DNA of 64,000 nucleotides from Escherichia coli (GTDB lineage Bacteria; Pseudomonadota; Gammaproteobacteria; Enterobacterales; Enterobacteriaceae): NCBI RefSeq assembly GCF_003790525.1, contig NZ_CP033632.1; one strand, 5' to 3'. Shown piece by piece: positions 40,420 to 49,790 of this stretch (position 1 is its first letter; each line of letters starts with the position of its first letter). The notes under the pieces were generated by a model. It saw only the letters and a program-made list of their open reading frames with translations, ran no database searches and was not told where the DNA came from. The position numbers and the translations under genes were made by a program.

Positions 40420-41903
40420 TGGCCAGAAGTTGCGTAACGGACCCACGTTGGCGCGAGCTTGTGGCGCTATATCGTTATGACTGGATTGCGGCCGCTGATG
40501 TGTTGTTTGGGAAGACACCAACCTGGCAGCAGGATGAGATCATTGAGTCCACGCAGCAGGACGGCAGTTGGACAAGTGTGACCTCCGGCCATGGTACTGG
40601 TAAATCGGATATGACGAGTATCATTGCAATACTCTTCATCATGTTTTTCCCCGGCGCTCGCGTCATTCTGGTCGCTAACAAAAGACAGCAAGTCCTTGAT
40701 GGTATTTTCAAATACATAAAGAGCAATTGGGCTACTGCTGTTAGCAGATTCCCGTGGTTGTCAAAGTATTTCATTCTTACAGAAACGTCTTTTTTTGAGG
40801 TGACTGGCAAGGGTGTTTGGACAATATTGATAAAGTCCTGTCGCCCCGGGAATGAGGAGGCGTTGGCTGGTGAACACGCCGATCATCTCTTGTATATCAT
40901 CGACGAAGCGTCGGGTGTGAGTGATAAAGCATTCAGTGTGATAACAGGTGCGCTGACCGGTAAGGATAACCGTATTCTGCTTCTTTCCCAGCCTACGCGA
41001 CCTTCAGGCTATTTCTACGATTCACACCACAGACTAGCTATTCGCCCGGGAAATCCTGATGGATTGTTTACTGCGATAATACTGAATAGTGAAGAATCTC
41101 CGCTTGTAGATGCAAAATTTATACGAGCAAAACTTGCGGAGTATGGCGGTCGTGATAACCCCATGTACATGATCAAAGTACGTGGTGAATTTCCCAAATC
41201 TCAAGATGGCTTTCTTCTTGGTCGTGATGAGGTTGAGCGGGCGACGCGGCGAAAGGTCAAGATTGCCAAAGGATGGGGCTGGGTTGCATGTGTTGACGTT
41301 GCTGGTGGCACAGGACGAGATAAGTCCGTTATTAATATCATGATGGTGTCCGGCCAGCGAAATAAACGCCGTGTAATCAACTATCGTATGCTGGAATACA
41401 CAGACGTTACAGAAACGCAGTTAGCCGCCAAGATTTTCGCAGAATGTAACCCAGAACGGTTCCCGAACATAACCATAGCTATTGATGGCGATGGCTTGGG
41501 GAAATCGACGGCTGATCTAATGTACGAACGCTATGGCATTACCGTCCAGCGTATCCGCTGGGGTAAAAAGATGCACAGCCGTGAAGATAAAAGCCTTTAT
41601 TTCGATATGCGCGCTTTCGCGAATATTCAGGCGGCAGAAGCTGTAAAATCAGGGCGTATGAGGCTTGATAAGGGGGCTGCGACTATAGAGGAAGCATCAA
41701 AGATACCGGTAGGGATAAATTCCGCAGGTCAATGGAAGGTGATGTCAAAGGAAGATATGAAGAAAAAACTCAACCTGCACTCACCGGACCATTGGGATAC
41801 ATATTGTTTCGCTATGTTGGCGAACTATGTTCCCCAGGATGAAGTGCTTAGCGTCGAAGACGAAGCGCAGGTTGATGAAGCTCTGGCATGGCTTAATGAA
41901 TAA
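40419..41903 (+). CDS. pacB: Terminase large subunit PacB, 494 aa
   Basis: Size and position after pacA; 1-bp overlap with the pacA stop. Confidence 0.85.
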
Positions 41904-41927
41904 CTCATTAACCATGCCGGATAGAAA

Positions 41928-42779
41928 CTATTGCGCGCTTTCGGGGTTGTCGTTTACTGGCTGCCCCTTCTTAGTTTTACGGCTGCGCGTAACTGATGCG
42001 GCTGATTTGACCTTTTTCTCTTCGCGAGTGATGGCAATTTGTTTTTTTACATTTTCAATATCTGCCAGGCGATATATTTTTGCCTGCGGCCAGCGGTCGC
42101 AGATGATCGGTTCTATAGAGTCATAAAGGCTAAATTTTGCTTTCTCGAATTCACCGTTGATGATGATTCCATCACGGAGAGTTTCATCGCAGATAAACAC
42201 ACCACACAGCGGCACATGGTAACTAACTGATTTACCATCATTGTAGTTAGGGCTACTGGAAATGTAATGGACGCGCAGCATTGTTTCGCTAAAGCCGTGT
42301 ACACGCATACGGAATTTTTCATCCTCCGGGTACTGCTTCATTAGCTCTTTTGTTGCTTCCAGGTTCTCTATGTATTTCGCACTGTGCTCATTGATCCCCG
42401 CGCTTTTCTGGATGCGAATGTCCTTATCAATCAGATGAATAATGCGGCCAGCGGTCATGTTGACGCTGTTCACAGCTTCTGTCTGATAAGTTGTAACCTT
42501 ACGCACACCGCGAAGGATGTTAGGCACTGGATATAAAATAGTCTTTGGGATATTGAGGTCTGGGTACTGTTCCAGTTCTCGCGCCATTAAAGTCCATTTA
42601 TCAATTTCAGCCTGAATGCTGTCCGTTTCTTTGAACGGCAGAACGACAACCGGGCGTACAGGACGACCGTCGCTGGCGGCATCAACGTGTTGGGCGCGTG
42701 CAACAGCTTTTTTTAGAAAGAGATCCCTGAAGCTGACGAACTCCTGGTACAGTTGTTCGCCGTAGACATAATTTATCAT
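41928..42779 (-). CDS. c1: C1 repressor of lysis, 283 aa
   Basis: Translation starts MINYVYGEQLYQEFVSFRDLFLKKAVARAQ...; size and position match P1 c1. Confidence 0.85.
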   Translation of the reverse strand: MINYVYGEQLYQEFVSFRDLFLKKAVARAQHVDAASDGRPVRPVVVLPFKETDSIQAEIDKWTLMARELEQYPDLNIPKTILYPVPNILRGVRKVTTYQTEAVNSVNMTAGRIIHLIDKDIRIQKSAGINEHSAKYIENLEATKELMKQYPEDEKFRMRVHGFSETMLRVHYISSSPNYNDGKSVSYHVPLCGVFICDETLRDGIIINGEFEKAKFSLYDSIEPIICDRWPQAKIYRLADIENVKKQIAITREEKKVKSAASVTRSRKTKKGQPVNDNPESAQ

Positions 42780-42889
42780 TGATCCTCCTCCAGAATTGAC
42801 ATGGCCAACAACTCACAGCGGATTACACTGGGAGTTGTTGGCCACCATTATAGAAGGATCCAACGAAAATAATAGATTTATTAGTGCAT

Positions 42890-43099
42890 TTATTGTGAGT
42901 CTGGCTGGTTAGTGGCCATGAGATATTCGATTGTGTCAGTGAGATCATCCAGGTCGTCTTGGGTGATGCGGTACTCCTGATTGGATATCTTTGAGTAGTG
43001 TTCAGCAATGGCGCGGGCAGCGTCGGTTTCGGCAGGGTCTACAGATAAAGCGTTAGAGCAATGTCTAACGTCGTCGATGGTTGGTGGAATGAAAGCCAT
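42890..43099 (-). CDS. coi: Coi (C1 inactivator), 69 aa
   Basis: 69-aa ORF immediately upstream of c1. Confidence 0.75.
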   Translation of the reverse strand: MAFIPPTIDDVRHCSNALSVDPAETDAARAIAEHYSKISNQEYRITQDDLDDLTDTIEYLMATNQPDSQ

Positions 43100-43336
43100 A
43101 ATTATGCCTCACTGTATTGACAACACAGAGCCTGAAGCTCTGACCTACTGTTTCACCCATGATCCATGCTGGGGTAATCTAACAACATTGCGCTGTGTGT
43201 AAGATGAGCAATGCATAGCTGTAATGCCGTTGTATAAGGTTTCCCTGTTTGCTCATTTCCTTCTGAGCCGCTCTACAACGCTGAAGACACATTAAATAGT
43301 GAATCCAAAGTCGTATTACGAAACGGCGGCAAAACT

Positions 43337-43353
43337 ATAATTTATTAGAGCAA
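43337..43353 (-). promoter_or_regulatory. C1 operator (16/17 match to attgctctaataaattt)
   Basis: taatttattagagcaat read directly. Confidence 0.7.
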
Positions 43354-43420
43354 TTGTCAAACAACAATGAAAAACAATCCAGTTTTTGGCTGGTGGAGTG
43401 GGATTTTTCTCTCAAAATTT

Positions 43421-43437
43421 ATTGCTCTAATAATTCT
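43421..43437 (+). promoter_or_regulatory. C1 operator (15/17 match)
   Basis: attgctctaataattct read directly. Confidence 0.7.
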
Positions 43438-43480
43438 TGATTTTTATGCACAGCTGGACGTAAACTCCTCTTCGGACCTA

Positions 43481-43514
43481 ATAACTTCGTATAGCATACA
43501 TTATACGAAGTTAT
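43481..43514. other. loxP: loxP site
   Basis: Exact ataacttcgtatagcatacattatacgaagttat. Confidence 0.98.
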
Positions 43515-43932
43515 ATTAAGGGTTATTGAATATGATCAATTTACCTGTAAATCCATACAGTTCAATACCTTGGCAGGTCAAATAGTGATCACTTGATCAT
43601 TTGATCAAGGTTGCGCTACGTAAAATCTGTGAAAAATTGGCGGTGTTAGTCCTACAGATTTCGCGTAGCGCACTTAGCACCACCAATCAATCAGAGGTGA
43701 AAAATGGGATATTCAACTGCTAAAGTGTCCACTCATCTTGAGCTTGAGAAAAACCGTGGTTACTGGCGGGCAAAAGGGTTTGATCGTGATAGTTGCCAAC
43801 TGTCATTATCGCGCGGTGAAGAAAAAATAGAACGCACGCGCGGTCGCTGGCGTTTCTATGACGAGAACCATAAACAGGTAAAGGCAGAGCCGATCCTGTA
43901 CACTTTACTTAAAACCATTATCTGAGTGTTAA

Positions 43933-44964
43933 ATGTCCAATTTACTGACCGTACACCAAAATTTGCCTGCATTACCGGTCGATGCAACGAGTGATGAGGT
44001 TCGCAAGAATCTGATGGACATGTTCAGGGATCGCCAGGCGTTTTCTGAGCATACTTGGAAAATGCTTCTGTCCGTTTGCCGGTCGTGGGCGGCATGGTGC
44101 AAGTTGAATAACCGGAAGTGGTTTCCCGCAGAACCTGAAGATGTTCGCGATTATCTTCTATATCTTCAGGCGCGCGGTCTGGCAGTGAAAACTATCCAGC
44201 AACATTTGGGCCAGCTAAATATGCTTCATCGTCGGTCCGGGCTGCCACGACCAAGTGACAGCAATGCTGTTTCACTGGTCATGCGACGGATCCGAAAAGA
44301 AAACGTTGATGCCGGTGAGCGTGCAAAACAGGCGCTGGCGTTCGAACGCACTGATTTCGACCAGGTTCGTTCACTCATGGAAAATAGCGATCGCTGCCAG
44401 GATATACGTAATCTGGCATTTCTGGGGATTGCTTATAACACCCTGTTACGTATAGCCGAAATTTCTAGGATCAGAGTTAAAGATATCTCACGTACTGACG
44501 GTGGGAGAATGTTAATCCATATTGGCAGAACGAAAACGCTGGTTAGCACCGCTGGTGTAGAGAAGGCACTTAGTCTGGGGGTAACTAAACTGGTTGAGCG
44601 ATGGATTTCTGTCTCTGGTGTGGCTGATGATCCGAATAACTACTTGTTTTGCCGTGTCAGAAAAAATGGTGTTGCCGCGCCATCTGCCACCAGCCAGCTA
44701 TCAACTCGCGCCCTGGAAGGGATTTTTGAAGCAACTCACCGATTGATTTACGGGGCTAAGGATGACTCTGGCCAGAGGTACCTGGCCTGGTCTGGACACA
44801 GTGCCCGTGTCGGAGCCGCGCGAGATATGGCCCGCGCCGGAGTTTCAATACCGGAGATCATGCAAGCTGGTGGCTGGACCAACGTAAATATTGTCATGAA
44901 CTATATCCGTAACCTGGATAGTGAAACAGGGGCAATGGTGCGCCTGCTGGAAGATGGCGATTAG
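43933..44964 (+). CDS. cre: Cre recombinase, 343 aa
   Basis: Translation MSNLLTVHQNLPALPVDATSDEVRKNLMDMFRDRQAFSEHTWKMLLSVCRSWAAW...MVRLLEDGD. Confidence 0.97.
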   Translation: MSNLLTVHQNLPALPVDATSDEVRKNLMDMFRDRQAFSEHTWKMLLSVCRSWAAWCKLNNRKWFPAEPEDVRDYLLYLQARGLAVKTIQQHLGQLNMLHRRSGLPRPSDSNAVSLVMRRIRKENVDAGERAKQALAFERTDFDQVRSLMENSDRCQDIRNLAFLGIAYNTLLRIAEISRIRVKDISRTDGGRMLIHIGRTKTLVSTAGVEKALSLGVTKLVERWISVSGVADDPNNYLFCRVRKNGVAAPSATSQLSTRALEGIFEATHRLIYGAKDDSGQRYLAWSGHSARVGAARDMARAGVSIPEIMQAGGWTNVNIVMNYIRNLDSETGAMVRLLEDGD

Positions 44965-45014
44965 CCATTAACGCGTAAATGATTGTTCTAATTCTTTGAT
45001 ATTTATGGTGACAT

Positions 45015-45326
45015 ATGAGAAAGGATTTCAACATCGACGGAAAATATGTAGTGCTGTCTGTAAGCACTAATATTCAGTCGCCAGCCGTCATTGTCACTGT
45101 AAAGCTGAGCGATAGAATGCCTGATATTGACTCAATATCCGTTGCGTTCCCTGTCAAAAGTATGCGTGGTGCTGAACATTTCGTGATGAATGCCACCGAG
45201 GAAGAAGCACGGCGCGGTTTTGCTAAAGTAGTGTCTGACTTTGGCGAACTCTTGGATAAGGTTAACAATGTCCTTTCAATCAGTTCAGCAAGGTCCAAAG
45301 CGTTAACAGCTTCCATGATGAAATAA
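45015..45326 (+). CDS. Hypothetical protein, 103 aa (P1 cra position)
   Basis: ORF followed by a gcctgg/ccaggc hairpin. Confidence 0.45.
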   Translation: MRKDFNIDGKYVVLSVSTNIQSPAVIVTVKLSDRMPDIDSISVAFPVKSMRGAEHFVMNATEEEARRGFAKVVSDFGELLDKVNNVLSISSARSKALTASMMK

Positions 45327-45453
45327 AAAAAGCCTGGCAAGGAACCAGGCTGCACAAAAGAGCGGGTTTGTGTTCCGCATCCAATCAATCAGAAAGGAGT
45401 ATAGCACATAGATACTAAAGTGAAAAAATGTGACTGAAGATAAACAATATAAC

Positions 45454-45470
45454 ATTGCTCTAATTGATTG
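45454..45470 (+). promoter_or_regulatory. C1-operator-like site (14/17 match)
   Basis: attgctctaattgattg read directly. Confidence 0.4.
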
Positions 45471-45526
45471 TTATAATTGAGCCGTGGCGTTAGTCAACTA
45501 CGAAGACGTGGCCATTACCTACTTAA

Positions 45527-45640
45527 CCAGTTCCGCCAGGGCAGCAGAGTAGGTTTCATCTCGGATGTACCATGCCTGCATGTTTTCCAGAGAAGCCCGC
45601 GAGGTTCCCGGACAGGACTCTGCCATTGCGATAGATTAAA
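45527..45640 (-). pseudogene. tnpA: Internal fragment of a Tn3-family transposase gene
   Basis: Encodes [35 protein letters not shown], aligning to ...[35 protein letters not shown]... of the tnpA at 49786..51606. Confidence 0.7.
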
Positions 45641-45674
45641 TGCAATAACCTAAAAGCGATAACGTGGTGGAAAA

Positions 45675-46312
45675 ATGTTCATCAGAGCTTATTTAAGGGC
45701 ATCAACGGAAGATCAGTTTGCCGATCGGGCAAAAGAGATGCTGGGGCAGTTTGTTCAGGAGCGGGGACATAAAATAGCCAGTTACTACCGGGAGAACATA
45801 AGCGGTACAAAACTCGACCGCCGGAACTGGGACGCTTACTGATGGACAGCCACCGCAATGATATTTTACTGGTCGAGCAAATTGACCGCCTGACCCGTCT
45901 GAGTAACAGTGACTGGATTACGCTGAAAAAGCAGATAGAACAACACGAACTGCGGATTGTCGCCTGGATGTATCCACCTCATGGCAGGCGCTGTCAGATA
46001 AAGACCCTTCGCAGGCTGACCCAATCACCCGCGCCGTGATAACCGCCATCAATAACATGCTTATCGACCTGATGGCCGCGATGTCGCATAAGGACTGGCT
46101 GAGCCGTCGCCAACGGCAACAACAGGGAATTGAACGGGCTCATACGCTGGGTAAATACCGGGGATAACAGGCCGATCAGGAACGGCATCAGAAAGTCCTG
46201 TACTACTGGCAGGTCAAGAAACTAAGTATCCATGAAACGGCAGATGCGACAGGGTACAGTCCTTCACAGATATGCCGCATTCAAGCCCTTTATAGAGAGC
46301 CTGAATCGGAAT
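45675..46312 (+). pseudogene. tnpR: Serine recombinase (resolvase/invertase) gene disrupted by frameshifts
   Basis: N-terminus MFIRAYLRASTEDQ...; the remainder is readable only by switching frame twice; HTH-like C-terminus. Confidence 0.7.
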
Positions 46313-46420
46313 AAAAAGTAGCCCAGGCGTTAATGGATTACCTTTCCAGGCTAAGCTCATTGCTCCTGTCAGATACGCAGCCCTGCCTGTAATAATACAG
46401 ACTGGGCAATGTGTTGCCAC

Positions 46421-46750
46421 TCAGGCTGACAACTGTCGGAGGATATCCGCTGTATTATAATGAGCCCGTTTTTCTATATATTTCCCGTCTTTCAGAGTGA
46501 TCATAAACATCAGAGAAAAGCGCACTTTCCTGCCGCTGGCAGGATGCCCAAGGAATTCACGGGTCTGCACGCCTTCAAAGATAAGATAGCAGGCGACTTT
46601 ATCGTCTCTGGCAAAGATTTCGTGGATACGCATTGTAAATCCCGGAAAAGCATCCATATGGCCTTTTTCCTGTACGATAAACTGCTCACTGTTCAGCGGT
46701 GTATCCACCTGATAATAGAATTTAAAATCCGGATGGCAGAGGTTTTTCAC
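46421..46750 (-). CDS. SnoaL/NTF2-like small protein, 109 aa
   Basis: Fold assignment by sequence impression only. Confidence 0.4.
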   Translation of the reverse strand: MKNLCHPDFKFYYQVDTPLNSEQFIVQEKGHMDAFPGFTMRIHEIFARDDKVACYLIFEGVQTREFLGHPASGRKVRFSLMFMITLKDGKYIEKRAHYNTADILRQLSA

Positions 46751-46830
46751 CTCATCATATTTATTTTCTTCAATCAGACGATAAAACTTTTTAACCGTTT
46801 TGATATTTTCTTAAACAGACATATTGCACC

Positions 46831-47820
46831 TCATTTTTCAGTTTCTTTACCTGCCGGAATATTGCCTTCCGGCGTTCCGTTAAATGTTTTTCGCCATTCA
46901 CTGGGACTGACTCCCATCCGCTGCCGGAATATCTGCCGGAAAGTAATGGTGGACTGAAAGCCTGCCAGTTCGGCAACCCGCTCCACTGCAATATCTGTAC
47001 TTTCCAGCAGTTCCTGACTCCGCCGGAGACGCTCTGTGGTGATCCACTCCCAGACCGTCATTCCTGTGGCCGAATGAAAATGGCGTGTAAGCGTTCTTCG
47101 GCTCATGGAGGCTAAATGGGCCAGAGTGTCAATATCATGTGGTAATCCCAGATTTGCGGACAGGTATTCCAGCAGCTGGTTTATGCGGTTATCGGACGTA
47201 CTTTTGGGAATAAGCAGTTGCCGGTACTGTGCCTGTCCGCCTTCCCGGTAAGGAGGAGCAACCATCCGGCGGGCTATTTGATTAGCCGTATATCTGCCCA
47301 GGCGTTGCCGGATCACATGGAGACAACAGTCCAGTGCTGCGGCTGTACCGGCTGAGGTGATAATCCGCTCGTCCTCAACATAAAGCACGTTCACGTCCAG
47401 ATGAACCGCCGGGAAAAGCATCTGGAAATCCCGTTCAGCCTCCCAGTGCGTGGCCGCCCGTTTACCATCCAGCAGACCGGTGTAAGCCAGAACAAAACTC
47501 CCCAGGCACAGGCCCACCACCTGAGCTCCATTTTTCCAGGCTGCAACCAGGGCACTGAGCAGAGTTTCAGAAGGCCTTTCATGGATGTGTTTCCAGAAAG
47601 GAATAATAACGATATCGGCCTCTGCCAGTGCATCAAGCCCGTATTCTGCCCTCATCGCCGTACCTTCAGCAGACCAGATAAGCCCGGGCTCTTCCGCACA
47701 TACCCGGCGGCTGAAGAGGGCCTTCCCTTCCAGTATCTCCCCGAACAGGATTAATGGAACGGAGACATGAAATGTACTGAACCCTTCGGTGATCACTATA
47801 GCGACAGTGATGGTGGACAT
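46831..47820 (-). CDS. AraC-family regulator with N-terminal DJ-1/PfpI-like domain (GlxA-type), 329 aa
   Basis: C-terminal AraC HTH region; N-terminal amidotransferase-like domain. Confidence 0.7.
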   Translation of the reverse strand: MSTITVAIVITEGFSTFHVSVPLILFGEILEGKALFSRRVCAEEPGLIWSAEGTAMRAEYGLDALAEADIVIIPFWKHIHERPSETLLSALVAAWKNGAQVVGLCLGSFVLAYTGLLDGKRAATHWEAERDFQMLFPAVHLDVNVLYVEDERIITSAGTAAALDCCLHVIRQRLGRYTANQIARRMVAPPYREGGQAQYRQLLIPKSTSDNRINQLLEYLSANLGLPHDIDTLAHLASMSRRTLTRHFHSATGMTVWEWITTERLRRSQELLESTDIAVERVAELAGFQSTITFRQIFRQRMGVSPSEWRKTFNGTPEGNIPAGKETEK

Positions 47821-47835
47821 GCCATGGCCTCCGGG

Positions 47836-48612
47836 TTAAATCGTAACTGATTCACCATCAGCAGGAGCGACAACTGACGCCTGGATCTGGTTATCGCGGG
47901 CATATTCCAGCAGTTCCTGACGGGTCAGCAGACAGTGGTTTACGGCCTCCATGTGCGTTGCCACAATCAGTGCCTCTGGTACGATACGATGGGCTTTCAG
48001 GACATCTTCCCTGCCGAAAATAATGGGGCCGAATCCGAGAACATGCGCCCAGCCCGTATTCATAATAACGACGCCAGGATTGAACCGACGTAAATTATCC
48101 TCTACAGCCTTGATCCAGATGGTATCCCCAACCAGATAGAGCGTTTTTTCGGACGGATGCTGGAAGACCACCCCACAGGCATCCCCAAGAATTGCTGCGA
48201 GTTGCGGGTTAGCATAGGCTTCGTCCGAACCATGCTGACAAACGGTTTTAATAAGTGAAATTTCGCCAAATGTGCTTTTGTCAGACAGAATAACAAGGTT
48301 GCTGAAGCCCTGGGAACGCAGGATCTTTTCATCATGTTCATTCTGAACATAAATCAGTTTATCTTTCGGGATGTGCGCAACAGCCGCTTCATCCCAGTGG
48401 TCAGGGTGTGTGTGGGTGACAATAATGGCATCCACATCCAGCAGTACATCAAGGTCAAAAGGCAGCTCAGTCATCGGGATGCGGATATCTGACCGGGCCG
48501 TTCCTTCGAATCCCGGATAGGCTTCTTTTTTCGCAAGCATCGGATCGACAAGAAATTTTTTACCAGCGTAAGAAATGAGTTGTGTGGCGTTACGTACCTG
48601 GATGATCTTCAT
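47836..48612 (-). CDS. Metallo-beta-lactamase-fold hydrolase, 258 aa
   Basis: HxHxDH motif (THTHPDHWD). Confidence 0.7.
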   Translation of the reverse strand: MKIIQVRNATQLISYAGKKFLVDPMLAKKEAYPGFEGTARSDIRIPMTELPFDLDVLLDVDAIIVTHTHPDHWDEAAVAHIPKDKLIYVQNEHDEKILRSQGFSNLVILSDKSTFGEISLIKTVCQHGSDEAYANPQLAAILGDACGVVFQHPSEKTLYLVGDTIWIKAVEDNLRRFNPGVVIMNTGWAHVLGFGPIIFGREDVLKAHRIVPEALIVATHMEAVNHCLLTRQELLEYARDNQIQASVVAPADGESVTI

Positions 48613-48827
48613 TTTAGCAAGTCCTGTATTGGTTAATAACCATCAGAGCCATATCATGATGGCCTAATGTGATAATTATGATTAAATCAGGCCTGCCTGC
48701 CACTGAAATAATGCCATATTTGGATGATATCAGGCCATTCTTCTGGCTCTCAGGTTTCAGGAATATGTCTGCTGAAAGCGGGTACAGATCTGACGCATTG
48801 AAGGGAAGTATCGTCCTTTAAGGCTTA

Positions 48828-49217
48828 TTGATGTCAGCCAGTACAAAAAATCATCTTAACGTACAATATCTTCCGTTTCCCAAACGGAGCCCACCAACGG
48901 CGGAGGAACGGCGCATCGCCAATGCTCTTGGCGCTCTCCCCTGCATTGCCTGCTATATGCATGGAGTAATATCTAATGAGGTGTCTCTGCACCATATCGC
49001 CGGTCGTACCGCGCCGGGTTGTCATAAAAAGCAATTGCCACTTTGTAGATGGCACCACCAGCATGCAGCTCCGGCTGAAGTAAGAGCAAAATACCCCTGG
49101 CTGGTCCCTGTTCATGCCGATGGTGTGGTTGGAGGCAAGAAAGAATTCACCCTGCTGAACAAGTCAGAGATGGAGTTACTGGCTGACGCCTATGAGATGG
49201 CAAACATCATGCACTAA
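48828..49217 (+). CDS. HNH endonuclease-like protein, 129 aa (P1 Ref-like)
   Basis: Cys/His HNH-like motifs (CIACYMHGV...SLHHI...LCRWHH); TTG start. Confidence 0.5.
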   Translation: MMSASTKNHLNVQYLPFPKRSPPTAEERRIANALGALPCIACYMHGVISNEVSLHHIAGRTAPGCHKKQLPLCRWHHQHAAPAEVRAKYPWLVPVHADGVVGGKKEFTLLNKSEMELLADAYEMANIMH

Positions 49218-49405
49218 TAAATATATTATTTTTAATGATAAATGATTGACAACTGACAAGTGACTTCAGTCAGAATCATCACATGCCCGGTACGGATGGA
49301 TCCCCTTTCAAATATTCCATGGACGGCACAGTCTGAGTACCGGGCGCTACCTTCAGTTGTATTGCTAAGCCGCCGCTGGTGGCTTTTCTTTTTTGTAGGG
49401 GCGCT

Positions 49406-49753
49406 ATGGATAAGAAAATATGCGTTGTTTCAATGAGCGTCGGCAAACCGGCGTCAATGACTGCTGCATGGATCAACAATGAGCTGATAATGGCTGAGCG
49501 GACCAGCTACCCTGAACGCCGCCGCGATATGGAACTCCAGCTGCTGCGCGAATTGCGAGAAAAAGAGGAAAAGGGTTTTATCGTGCTGGTGGAAGAGGAA
49601 AACAGCTTTATTACCGGTCGAGTTGGCCAGCGTGTAAGGTTGCGTGATCCCTTCATGAACGGCAGGCCGGTACTAATTGAAGCAATGCAGATTTACAAGG
49701 AGTTGGAACGCCAGAAAGCGATCAAGTTACCGCGCAAGGAATCCGGCAAATAG
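49406..49753 (+). CDS. Hypothetical protein; stop codon lies at the junction with the Tn1721-type IR
   Basis: Start taken at MDKKICVV inside ORF 49379..49753. Confidence 0.4.
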   Translation: MDKKICVVSMSVGKPASMTAAWINNELIMAERTSYPERRRDMELQLLRELREKEEKGFIVLVEEENSFITGRVGQRVRLRDPFMNGRPVLIEAMQIYKELERQKAIKLPRKESGK

Positions 49754-49790
49754 GGGAGCCCGCAGAATTCGGAAAAAATCGTACGCTAAG
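49753..49790. repeat. Tn1721/Tn501-type 38-bp terminal inverted repeat
   Basis: ggggagcccgcagaattcggaaaaaatcgtacgctaag. Confidence 0.9.
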
